This document shows, piece after piece, positions 12,669 to 23,641 of a stretch of 56,302 bases of DNA (its first letter is position 1; each line of letters opens with the position of its first letter). The stretch lies in assembly GCF_006345805.1 (NCBI RefSeq), contig NW_021833692.1:1-56302 (forward strand). Reading direction: 5' to 3'. A program made the translations under genes and the position numbers. Origin of the DNA: Octopus sinensis. Taxonomy: Eukaryota. Under the pieces are notes generated by a model. The model worked only from the letters and a program-made list of their open reading frames with translations, did no database searches and was not told the DNA's origin.

Positions 12669-15412
12669 TTATAACACCTCGTAAACAATGTTCCTTGTTT
12701 TTCCTTGTGGAGCATATACCAAAAGGTTTCTTTTGGTTCCTACTCTTGAGCAGCCAACATACAGTTGCCCATGCGAGAAGCAGGGCTCTTCCAAGAGGAG
12801 ACCAGCTACAGAGAGGGTTTGACCCTGAGATTTGTTAATGGACATGGCAAAGCTGACACGAAGGGGGAATTGCAGTCTTCTGAATATAAATGGAATTTCT
12901 GCTCCTGATGGAGTAAGAGGAAATCTTGGAATAAAGACGTCATCACCTTTTCCACATCCAGAAAGAATGATCGCCTCGATAACGTGTGACATCATTTTCT
13001 TTATCAACAGTCGTGTTCCATTGCAAAGTCTTGGTGGTTCCAGATTGCAGAGTAGCATTACAGGAGTTCCAACTTTAAGTGCTAATATGTGTGGAGGTAG
13101 TCCAGGAGGCTCCAGTGAATTGAAAAATTCAGGAGGATAGTTCACAACTTCATTTATAACTGGGATTGTATCAACAGACTTGTAAGTGTGTATAGTGCCG
13201 GGAAGAGAATGCATTAGCTGTTGATTAATTTTGTTAACAGCGACATTTTTTGGAGCAAATATTGCTCTTTCACACAGCCAATAGTGATTTTGGTAGTTTT
13301 GTGTGAAGTTGAGAAAGACTTTGTTTTTGAGGTCATTTACAGAATTAACAACAGAGGAAAATGACCACACTTCCATTTGTCCTGCAACATCGAGAGGCAT
13401 CTTGCCTTCACCTAGTGTAAAAATGTCCTGTGCAAACTTTGTGGACATTTTGTCGCCGTGTAGCTGAGCTCTCATGTTAGTGGTGAGACTGAGGATTGTA
13501 ATATGATGCCACAGGGTAGAGGACTTTAGGCATGCTTGGACCTCATCTGCTTGAGTGCCTTTCGGAATGACAGGAAGAGTTTGCCTGAAATCACCTGACA
13601 ACAGAAGCGTTACACCTCACATTGGAGGCTGACAGTCTCGGATGTCTTTCAGGGCTCTATCTAATGCTTCCAAAGCTCCCTTGTGAGCCATAGTGCACTC
13701 ACCCCAGACAATTTGATGACACATTTTAAGTACTTGTCCCTGATCTGAGCTTTTGTTGATGTTGCATGAAGGCATTTCGGATGCTGCTAAATTGAGAGGG
13801 AGTTTAAAAGTTGAGTGTGCTGTCCTGCCACCGGGTAACAAAGTAGCTGCAATGCTAGAGGAGGCTACAGCTACTGCAATGTCCTGATACTGCGTAACTT
13901 CTGCAAGGAGAAGCTTTGTAATAAATGTTTTTCCTGTCCCTCCAGGAGCATCGAGGAAGAAGATTCGTCCCTCGCGACAGCAATAGGAAGGCTATTTGAC
14001 CCTGACCTGAATGCTTGTGGCAGGCCATACGTTGACAATTCATTTCCACCCAGTTTAGCAATTCTGTCTTCAATGTCAACGAGTGTTTTGTTATAGATTT
14101 CATTGCTGATACCCTCCATGTCAGGATAGAGCAGTTGAGCTTGGTGCTTAAAGTCTTCAGCCAGCTTGTCTCTATATTTGAGCCATAGAGTGGCCAGATC
14201 ACACAGTTCGCATGCCTGTAGTAATACTGCAAATAGTGCCCTGAGACTTTTAGGTGATTGTGATAAAGCAGCCCCTCCTAAAGTTTCATCCCATTGTGCA
14301 CCATCTTCTAACAGAGCTTGTCGATAGCAGGCTTCTGTGTATGTTGTGCAGACATGTCCATGAACGGTTTTTTAGGGTCTGGAAAGACGTTGGCCCTCTG
14401 ACCTCATGCAGTAGTAGACGAAGGTAGAAGCACTCTTGTTGAGTGGGATGCACTGTGTATACTCACCCAAGGCAAGTGTGAAACTTAATGCCAGGGTATC
14501 CATGAACATTTTGACCTGCTTTCCGTGGGGCCCATTTCTTTTTCCATTCCATATGTAGTACGATGGAATCTGGATACAGCAAGGTTTGAGCGAATGGATC
14601 CACTTGATAAAGCTTGAAGAATGCAGTGAGTGTGCTATCCCTTGGTTCCTCTTGCCAACAGAGAAGCATTAGCATCGGTGAAGTACACTCTTTGACCATT
14701 TTACAGGTGCAGCTGTTGAATGGCGGGGTGTCATTGGTGAATTGGAAAGCCAAAGATGCACCAGAAAGCCTCGTTGCTACTTATGTACCGTCCCACCTGA
14801 TAATGCGTCACCTCATCCTGGCAGTATTCTTGTTGAAGTCCAAACATTGCAGCATCAGAACCTTTGTTTACATATTTGCAAATGTACTTGATGGATTTAA
14901 CGGAGTTGCAAAACTCAACGTTGATGTGGGCATTGAAAGTCTTTGACAGGAGTGGGCAGTATGGAACAATCCATCTATTATCAATATCATGCTGTCCGAT
15001 AGTTGCTGTGAAACTTCCGTCTTCTGGTTTTCTGCGTCTGTATGATGGATACCCATCAGTACCTGTCTGAGTTTCTTGTAGGAACCTCCTTGGAAATCTT
15101 TTTGAACATATGCTGTCCTTCAAGCATGGTGTGTTTATGTTGAATCCACGCCTACATGGACCATGTACCATGTTTGCTTTAACTATTTCGTATAGTTCTT
15201 TGTCTAAAGCTGGATCAGGAAGCTCTGCAGAGATTATCTTGTCAATGTCATTGGAATTGATCTTTGCTGAGAGCCAAAGCAGGTTATGAGCACGTGGAAG
15301 GCCCCTTTTTTGCCACTCGATTGTGTACATGTCACATTGTATGGGCCCAAAGTCTTGCCCTTTTTGTATGAGCTCCATGAGAGAGATTAACTTCAGATGG
15401 AAAACTCGGGTG
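12669..15412 (-). pseudogene. Helitron RepHel transposase remnant: HUH Rep motifs 2-3 and PIF1 helicase
   Basis: YTIEWQKRGLPRAH and SIKYICKYVNKG (Rep). FLDAPGGTGKT Walker A near 13920-13950. GDFRQTLPV, LCNGTRL, FAMSINKSQGQT, FSHGQLYVGCSRV (PIF1). Frameshifts and deletions present. Confidence 0.93.
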
Positions 15413-15529
15413 TTGAGATTCCGGTTCGAATGTAAGGCAGGTTTGTAAGTGTTCCCAACAGTTATTAGTTGTAATGGTAGAGTGTTTATGCCAAATATGT
15501 ACGTATGCATGTATATATATGTATGTATG

Positions 15530-15675
15530 CCTGTATATATGTACAAAATCCACTGAGAAGGCTTTTGTTGGTCTGAGGCTACAGCAGAAGACACATGCCA
15601 AGTCACCACACAGTGGGACTGAACCCAGGACCATGTGTTTGGAACATAATTTGTTACCACATAGCCACACCTGCC
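15530..15675 (-). mobile_element. tRNA-derived SINE fragment inside Helitron A
   Basis: Minus strand GGCAGGTGTGGCTATGTGGTAA (A box) ... GGGTTCAGTCCC (B box). A related copy is at ~38715-38840. Confidence 0.6.
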
Positions 15676-17070
15676 CCTATGTATGTGTATGTGTGTGTAT
15701 GGGTAGATATATTATGCATGTATGTATGTGTATATATATGTGTACATATTACATGTACATCTATATATAGACATCTACACATAAAATACAAAGTAATATC
15801 TTGATATCATTAGTGATAACAATACTCAAAATATATAACAGACTGGAATTGTAGGCCTGTCTCTTGCAATTTCGATCAATTGGATCTTGTCCTCCCTCTT
15901 ATATAGAAGTGTACGGCTGCAGCGAAATGCATTTTTGGACTTTCTTCTATCGAAGGCATTTTAACAAAAATGCTTCCATAAAGACAGTGAAAATATTGTC
16001 AATTTTCCCAAACAGGGACACAATTCAATTTTTAAACAATGACCAAAGCCCCTTCTCCGAAAGGGGGAGGGTTACGGTTTACAATTATTTAACAATTGCA
16101 ACACAACAACGTTTCCTTGACGAGGAACCAACAAACGTGATTACAATAGTCAAACAGTAATAATAACAACAAACCTTTTTAATGTATCCCGATTTATGTG
16201 GAACCACTTATTCAATTTCAAGTTATTGATGCAATTTTATACGAATTGCTAATACACACACACACACATAATAAGGGTGAAAAATTGAATATTAATTTGA
16301 TTAATATGAATTGAAAACCAGTGATGTAGCATATAAGACCATAGCGGATCTTCTTCTAGCAAAAACGATGACCACTATTAATGGTTCATCCCTGTTATTT
16401 AATACTTTCATTTTAATAGTTACAATATTAAAATGAAAGTGTCTGTATTATAATAGAGAGATGTTTTTGTTTCACTTTTAACAAGTAATACTTAAATAGT
16501 GGAGAAGATATGATATTGCTGTGGCAAAAAGTTAAAATTTAAGTTAAAAGTTAAGGCATGTGTAAAATTTGAATGAAATTGGTTGTGTAGTTCTCAAGTT
16601 TTAGGTAACACACAGACAGACACACATTCTCAGTTTTATATATATAGATATACTAGCATTAAAGACCCATCGTTGCTGGGTCATAGTGCTAGTGCATGTA
16701 TATATGTGTATACATATGTGTACATATTACATGTACATCTATATATATATACATCTACACATAAAATGCAAAATACAAAGTTAGATCTTGATATCGCTAG
16801 TGATAACAATACTCAAAATATATAACAGACTGGAATGGTTTTATGATTACCCACAAGGGGCGAACATAGAGGGGACAATACAATCTTATGTGGGGTCAGA
16901 TATACGAATGGGGTTACACAAAGATGAGTTTAAAAATTCAATAAAATACAAATATAAAATCGAATGGAGAACAGACCGGAAGACATTATGGATGGAGTGG
17001 GAGCGGGTTTAGCTCGGACCCCACGAGCCCCGCCTCCCCACTGATACTTTGGTTTCGTCTAGTTTTACAT

Positions 17071-20000
17071 TTATGTGGTATCATCCACTCGCAACTTTCG
17101 TGCTACATCCTTCCATCGTTCTTCATACACTCTATTAGTCACTCTCTCCCGCCCTATCTTCCTTTTTAGGTAAAAGATGAAGTAATTCATCAAACCAGGG
17201 CTGGAGATGAACTTGCCTGACCGTAAACCTTTCATTCTCGTCTTCCATATCACCTCTTTCGCAATTGCTACTACAACGAGAAAACAATTCTTACCTTCTT
17301 TCGTGAGGAAATCTGGTGGGTCAATTTTTATAATAGACTCAGTCGACAGCTGTACTCTTCGTGTGCTTGACAACAGCTATTCGGCATAAACCCACACCTC
17401 TGACACGACCAAACAATGAACAATAGTGTGCAGGATGGTTTCCCTAACCCGCTCGCATCTTGGACATATCGGACTGTCTTGGTCACCGTGCCTTGCGAGT
17501 TTATCCCGAACAGATAGAGCTCCTCTGTAGCATTGCCATACCAGAGACTACTGGAAGTTATCCAGGGTCTTCGGCTCAAACGTACATCGGAACAGACTGG
17601 CCAGCTGATTATCGTTGAGACCTAGGGCTTCCCCTAAGGTATCTTCACATTCCGCCTCTACCAACCCTCTATAGAAGAATGTGGTGGAACCCCCACCGCA
17701 GGCGTTGCCCGAGCAACGGAATAGCAGGAGAGCCTTGCGACACTCCGTGTACCATGTGCCCAGTTTCGATTTACGATTCAGCCAGGTTTCCCATCCACCG
17801 AAACTAGTGAACTTGGGAAACATCAGTTTTGCTAGCGGAGACCACACCCGTTCACCATCCAGGTAGAGCCACAGATGTCTTAACCTCAGAGCATGTCTGC
17901 GCATCATCATCCAAGGCATCCCTAGCCCACCCTTTAACGGTTGTTGACAGCAAGTAGAGCGTTTCACAAGTGGTTTCCCGCCCTTCCACAAGAAGTAGAA
18001 GAGCTGTCTTTCCAACTTGTTCAACCACGAATCAGGGCAAGGAACGACAGAAAGGCGGTAGGTGATAACCGATGCGATAAACACATTGGCTACTTCCGCC
18101 CTCCCTTTCAGGGATAGCCACCGCCAAGACCAGGTCTTAGTTACTGCAGCCAACCTGCTCGATACCTCGCCCCAATTCTTCTCTATTTGGAGGTCTGGAC
18201 CGAACCAAACCCCTAGCAACTTAATCAGACCCTCCGTCCAACGTCCCACGACATTGTCAGGAGGCATCGACTTGCCTCTCCAGGTGCCAAGTTGCAAGCC
18301 GACTGACTTTTCGCGATTAACTTTTGCTCCTGTCACCGTCTCGTAAACCTCTATGGCCTTGCTTACTTTACGTAGGTGATCCATTTCGGTTACGATGATG
18401 GTGATGTCATCCGCGTACGCTGACACCGATTTTCCACTACCTGGCTGTCTCGGGATGCCGCTCAGTTTTCGCAGTAATGGCTCAAGAGCCATCACGTACA
18501 AAAGCGGGGAGAGTGAACACCCTTGACGAACCGAGCGCTTGATGTTGAACGGCTTCGACAAAAAGCCGTTCACCCGAACTACCGAGTCGATGTTGTCGTA
18601 AATTTGGATAATCCACCTGAGGAAGCCAAGGCCCAGCCCGAACTGTGCCAGGGCAGATACCAGGTAGCGATGGTCGACCCTATCGAATGCTTTAGATTGG
18701 TCTAAATGGACCAGTGCCCCACCCTTGCCAGAATCACTATTAAACCCCTCTATAGTGTACCACATAAGATGGAGATTATCCTGAATGGTTCTGCCGGGAA
18801 CGGCACACGTCTGTGCCTCCCCGATCAGACCATCCGCGACACGTGCCAATATTTTCGATAGCACTTTGGCCAAAATCTTCAACTCTGTATTTAGCAGAGT
18901 GATGGGCCTGAAATTATCAATGCACTCCCCCTTGCTTGGGTCCTTTCTGACGAGTGTCACTACTCCCCGGCGCACAGATCTGGGTATGAACCCATTCTGC
19001 TGCCAGTTCGTATAGACTTCCGCCAGTAGGGTCCCGAAGAAGTCTGGCATACTCTTATATAACTCATAGGGTAGACCATCTAAACCCGGCGCCTTGCCTG
19101 CACCGCAGTCCGCCGTCGCCTCAACCACCTCCCCAGGCGTGATTGGCCCTTCACAGCCCTTCACATCTCGCCCCGATAAGCGTGGCAGCCTGTCGAGGAG
19201 GTCCTTAAAGGCCCTCCTCCTATCCAGTCCGCCGCACTCACCGAAAAGCTGAGCGAAGTGCTCCTGATAGGCCTCACACATCTCCTCGGGCTTGTTTATC
19301 AACTCACCTTGTTGGTTCGTCATAGATCGAATTTTGGTGTCGTTACCACGCTGAGCTTCCACCACTCGGGCCCATCTCACGGCGTTGATTCCTTCACAAC
19401 CCATTGCGCGGATCCTAGCCCTGACAATGCAGCCCTTGTGTTTGGCCTCGAGGTGCTGGTTTAATGCCAGTCTCTTGGCTGTCACCTGAACTGCAGAGCC
19501 AGTTTTCAAGGCTTCCTCTAATTCCTTAACTAGAGTAGATTCCCTCCTAGCCTCTCTAGCCACTAATCCTATGCTATATCTAATAGACTCGAATTTGATT
19601 GCTCGCTTGAGGGCATACCACCATTTGTTATTAATGATGGCACCAGATAGTGCCCTCTGAATTATAGTCCTAATCCGGTCTCTGTACTCCTTAATCGCCA
19701 AAAGGGACGTATTAAGTTTCCAGTAACCGGAGCCTCTATTTTTAACCTTATCTATGTCAAGCTTACAGGTGACCATTTTATGATCACTGTAGCTGACCAG
19801 GTAAAACTGTGGACACTTAGCTATTTTTCTGTCTACTTTTCTAATTAGTATCCTATCTATGTATGACCTGGAAGATCCGTCGCTGCTTGAACGTCAAATC
19901 CATGATGACCAGCCTACCTTCTGGGTCTGAAAAAATTAACTTTTTCTCAAAAACCCGGTTTCTTTTTAATAGGACCAACACCCCACCCCCGCCGGTAGTA

Positions 20001-20188
20001 CTGGCCAGAGAGAAAAGACTCTCGTAGCCGTCAAACAGCGGGAGTAGACCTCTTGGCCCCTCTAACCGGGTTTCTGTAGCAACAATAACATCCAAATTAC
20101 GCGACCTGATATCATTAAGGAAGCGACCTTGCTTCCAGCTTGATCCCAGGCCGTGCACATTTAAACAACCAACATAAATGTAATCCAT
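17071..20188 (-). pseudogene. Tx1-like ORF2 (endonuclease-RT-zinc finger), disrupted
   Basis: CLNVHGL..ATETRL, SYIDRIL..SDHK, GYWKLNTSLL, KAPGLDGLP, NFRPITLLN, LDQSKAFDRV, SVRQGCSLSPLLY, AYADD, CPRC..ETILHTIVHC. Frameshifting deletion near 19870; in-frame stops at 17548 and near 17380. Confidence 0.92.
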
Positions 20189-20253
20189 GACTTACCTTAT
20201 ATCAGTGGTTCGACTTTTTCTTTCTCTTCTTCGTTTGTATCTTTTTCTGGGAC

Positions 20254-21503
20254 TCATGGGGGAGTCTGACACAGGCCCTCGAATATATATGGTGATGATA
20301 TATCCATTCTGAGAGGGCCCACGTCATGAAAAAATTCGGACTTTATCCGTCCGTAATCCTTCCGGCCTATCCTGTACAATATGAAATCGGTTTTTTTAAA
20401 AATTTTTTCTACTTTGGCCATAGCTGCCAACACATCAATGAGTCTATTATTTGAGGCCTTAATGGCCATAAATGAGTTTAATGTTTCTCTTTTTTTCTTT
20501 AGGCTTACTTTCTGAGGGGTGGTTTCAGTTTTTCTTTTTTTCCCTTGATTTTTGACCACCCCTCCTCATTTTTCGTTTCCTCACTTTTTGTTTCTTTTGT
20601 TACTTCCGCCGCTGATTCCGTCACCTCCTCACCTTCAGTTGTCCCTTCTGGGCTGTCTGGCGTTGTTTGTGGTGACACTTCTTCCGTTTTTTTATCTGGC
20701 TGAGCTGCTTCCTGCGGTTTTGGTTGGCATTCTGCCATCACATGCCGTTTCTTACTGCAGCGGAAGCACCTCGGCTTTCTACCCTCCACCAAGACCACGA
20801 CTCTTTCGTCCTCACTGATTTTCAGTGTCTCCGGTATATCTTCGAGGGTTTGTATCTCTGCCTGAATGGCCATCGAGATACGCTGCCCTTTCCAATGTTC
20901 CTTCTCTTCTACTGTGGCCCGGAGGATGTTTATTTTATCCTCCAGGCCTACCATAACTGCTGCCACCAGACATGTGGCGTCCGCTTCTGGCGGAATAGTA
21001 TTTATTGTTATTCTTGAGGTTCTTTTGCCTCTATACAAGGGGAGGAGAACAATATTCTCTGCTTTCATAGGTTCCGTAGATAGCTTTTTGGCTATTTCCT
21101 CTGTTTCAAATCTCACCTCCACTGTACCGTACTTTTTCCCGCGATTAATGTAAGTGATCTTATTCCAAATTGGTTTCAAGCAATTTTCGATCTTTTCTTC
21201 TTCTATTCTTTGAATAGACTTGCTTGTAATATTAAATGTTTTGTATATGATTCTTTTTTTTTCAATTTCCTCTTGTTTTTGGGCATTCGTAAACACCGTT
21301 ACTTCTGTGCCCTCTTTTTTAAAACAGTCTGCGTATTTCTGCAGGTTTTCTGTGTCGATATTTTTAACTTTCTTTCCAGCCACTTCGGAAAATTTTCTAG
21401 CTTCTTTTCTCGGCGACACCGCCAGTGAACTCTCGTCACTTGTCACTGGTGAACTGGAGATATCGTTGTCCATCTCCGAAGACTGGCTTAATAAGCCTTT
21501 CAA
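20254..21503 (-). pseudogene. Tx1-like ORF1 (RNA-binding region plus CCHC knuckle), one frameshift near 20520
   Basis: RGKKYGTVEVRF..LLPLYRGKRTSRI..CFRCSKKRHVMAEC. The C-terminus continues in another frame (ORF 20254-20559) just before the ORF2 start. Confidence 0.8.
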
Positions 21504-21710
21504 TACAACAAAAATTTGTTCGGCTTCGCAAGCCTCAAATGTATGTGCAAATTAACAGTAATTTTTCCCCCACGGAGGGGGGAACTTTAACACGAAGCCC
21601 TCGCGCAAAGGCTGATAATAATATTGCACGAAACAGACAATATAGACAAAATCAACAGTACTTCAATATAACAGTGGATATAGAACAACTTACAATATAA
21701 CAGACTGGAA

Positions 21711-23641
21711 TTGTTTTATTCCTACCCACAAGGGGCAACATAGAGGGGACAATACAATCGGGAAAAATAAAATAATGAATTATGAAGTTTGTACAATGTG
21801 GTGTAATGCCCACTCGATCCCCGAAATCGAGCGGTTACATTTCGTCATTTTTTTTTTTTTTTTTTTTTATTCGTCAACAATATTTTCCAAATAAAAACAT
21901 TTAACACATTTTCAACATACATTTCAAAAATTTTACAAGGTTCAACATTTTTTTTCCAGAATTTAAAGTTCTTTTTATCATTTCCAAATTAAAGTTTTCA
22001 CAATGCCTTTTCTTTTATATATACTCCATTATCTCTACCAAATCTTGGTAAATTTCCATTGTTCGTGGCCACCTTGTAAGTCGGCATTTCATATGTTTTG
22101 ACACGTTCTTGCCAGCTGCCTCGATGAACGCCTCAGCGTCGTTCTCGTGGACGAGTGCACCTGTTTCTTTCCATTCGGTGCCCATCCTGACCCACGTATA
22201 TCCATTTGTTACATTTATTAAATCTTCCATCTCCTCACAGTGCCTGTGATGGATCAACGTTCCATAGTATTTGAATTTTCTATTCGTACCTGCATTTTCT
22301 CTAGTTTTTCTCTTAGGACTTACTTCCTCTTTTTTCTCCTCTCTCGGTTTCTCTCTTTCTCTCTTTTTGCTTTCTCTTCTTTCTTTTTCCTTCTCTTGTC
22401 TTTTTGGCTCTTTGTCTGTCATCTCTCTACCCTGTGCCTTATGTTCCTTTCCTGTTGCTTCTTTTCCTTTTTGCATACCGTCTTTTCCTTTCTCTTGGTT
22501 CTGTTCCTTCTCTTGTTCTTTTCCTGTTTTTTCTCTTTCCTTTAATGTACTTTCCTTTTCTTTCTCTTGCTTCTGCCTTGGCTCCTTCTCTACTACTTCT
22601 CCACCCTGTGAATTTTGCTCCTTTTCTACTATCTTCTTCCCTTTGTTTTCATTTTCCTTCAGTGCGCTGTTACTTCCCTTCTCTTGTTGTTTCTCCGTTA
22701 TTTCCTTTTCCTTGTTTTCGCTGTTCTTTCCTTCATGTTCTTTTTCCTTCTCGTTTTTGTTCTCTCCACTTTGTGTCTCTTTTTGCTCCGCTGTGAATTC
22801 ATACAGAGGACATTCCTTTTTTATGTGCCCTCTTGACCCGCACAAGTAGCAATTCGGTTTTCTCCCCTCCACAATTACACTAATTATTTTCTCGTTTTCT
22901 ATTTCTATTTGGAAGCGAAACCTTTCGATGTCTTCCATTGTGGCCATCAGCCACAACTCTACTCCGAATCCCTTCCAATTTACAACGTTGGTCTCCTTGA
23001 TTGACCCTATTTCTACTTCCTCCTTTGCTGACCCTAGAATGGCTGTTACCAGCATTTCTGTTTTTATTTCTGGGGGCACCTTTGGGACTCTTACCCGTAC
23101 CCCGCGTCTTCCTTTATATGTCGGCCACATAGTGAAATTTTCGGCTTTCAGTACAGTGGAAGCTAATGAGGCTGCCACTTCCTTTGTTGCGCATCTCACC
23201 TCCACCGTACCATATTTCTTTCCTCTGTCTACAAAAGTCGCTTTTTTCATAATGTCCCCCAGACATTTCTCTATTTCTTCAATCATCACTCTCACCAGTT
23301 TTCTCGTGTTCCTATCTTGCGTTCTATACGTTATCGTCTTGTTATTTCTCTCCTCTATTGTTTCAACAGGCGGGACCAGCTTCACGCTGTCACCCTCCCT
23401 TTTGACGAACTTCTCGTATTCCTTCAATTGTTCTTTTCTAAAGAATACTTCTCTTATTCTAAGAGACTCATCACTTTTTGTTGTGGCGACCCCCGCGTAA
23501 GTCTCCATGACTAGAGGGTCGACACACCTTCTATAAAAGGTTCAAACATGCAGCGGCAGACGCCTCGCGCGATTCAATTTTTTAACAGTTTTTTTCCAAA
23601 TTTTTCACATACAAAATAACTAACCAACACACTCAATGAAT
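21711..23641 (-). mobile_element. ORF1-only non-autonomous Tx1-related retroelement (half-LINE)
   Basis: Single intact ORF1 homologue, ~300-nt 3' UTR with no ORF2, and a 3' terminal ~50 nt nearly identical to that of the adjacent Tx1-like LINE. Confidence 0.75.
22015..23508 (-). CDS. Intact 497-aa Tx1-type ORF1 protein: N-terminal ORF1 domain, CCHC knuckle, K/E-rich tract, ~85-aa C-terminal domain
   Basis: ATG to TAA with no interruption. FVDRGKKYGTVEVRC, WPTYKGRRGVRVRVPKVPPE and VIVEGRKPNCYLCGSRGHIKKECP align by eye with ORF 20505-21503. Confidence 0.85.
   Translation of the reverse strand: METYAGVATTKSDESLRIREVFFRKEQLKEYEKFVKREGDSVKLVPPVETIEERNNKTITYRTQDRNTRKLVRVMIEEIEKCLGDIMKKATFVDRGKKYGTVEVRCATKEVAASLASTVLKAENFTMWPTYKGRRGVRVRVPKVPPEIKTEMLVTAILGSAKEEVEIGSIKETNVVNWKGFGVELWLMATMEDIERFRFQIEIENEKIISVIVEGRKPNCYLCGSRGHIKKECPLYEFTAEQKETQSGENKNEKEKEHEGKNSENKEKEITEKQQEKGSNSALKENENKGKKIVEKEQNSQGGEVVEKEPRQKQEKEKESTLKEREKTGKEQEKEQNQEKGKDGMQKGKEATGKEHKAQGREMTDKEPKRQEKEKERRESKKREREKPREEKKEEVSPKRKTRENAGTNRKFKYYGTLIHHRHCEEMEDLINVTNGYTWVRMGTEWKETGALVHENDAEAFIEAAGKNVSKHMKCRLTRWPRTMEIYQDLVEIMEYI

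Larger units (their letters stand above)
12502..16648 (-). mobile_element. Helitron A (chimeric; carries deleted RepHel)
   Basis: Minus-strand 5' end TCTATATATATAAAACTGAGAATG at 16648. 3' end CCGGGCAACGCCGGGTATCTCTGCTAG (hairpin + CTAG) at 12502, followed by T. No TSD. Confidence 0.85.
16836..21694 (-). mobile_element. Tx1-like (L1 clade) non-LTR retrotransposon, apparently full-length but defective
   Basis: ORF1 with CX2CX4HX4C knuckle, then ORF2 with AP endonuclease, RT and C-terminal zinc motif. Flanked by direct repeats TTCCAGTCTGTTATAT (minus sense; 16820-16835 and 21695-21710). Confidence 0.9.

Noticed and set aside
14731-15660. 309-aa ORF as an intact Rep gene
   Set aside because: Its first ~80 residues translate SINE and microsatellite DNA. 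Only the part from RVFHLKL is Rep, and the HUH motif is mutated (PRAH).
16820-21759. LTR retrotransposon reading (gag+pol between ~65-bp direct repeats)
   Set aside because: The enzyme is AP-endonuclease plus non-LTR RT, with no protease or integrase. There are no TG..CA ends, PBS or PPT.
22240-22849. Several F/S/L-rich + strand ORFs resembling membrane proteins
   Set aside because: They are antisense shadows of the K/E-rich tract in the 497-aa ORF.
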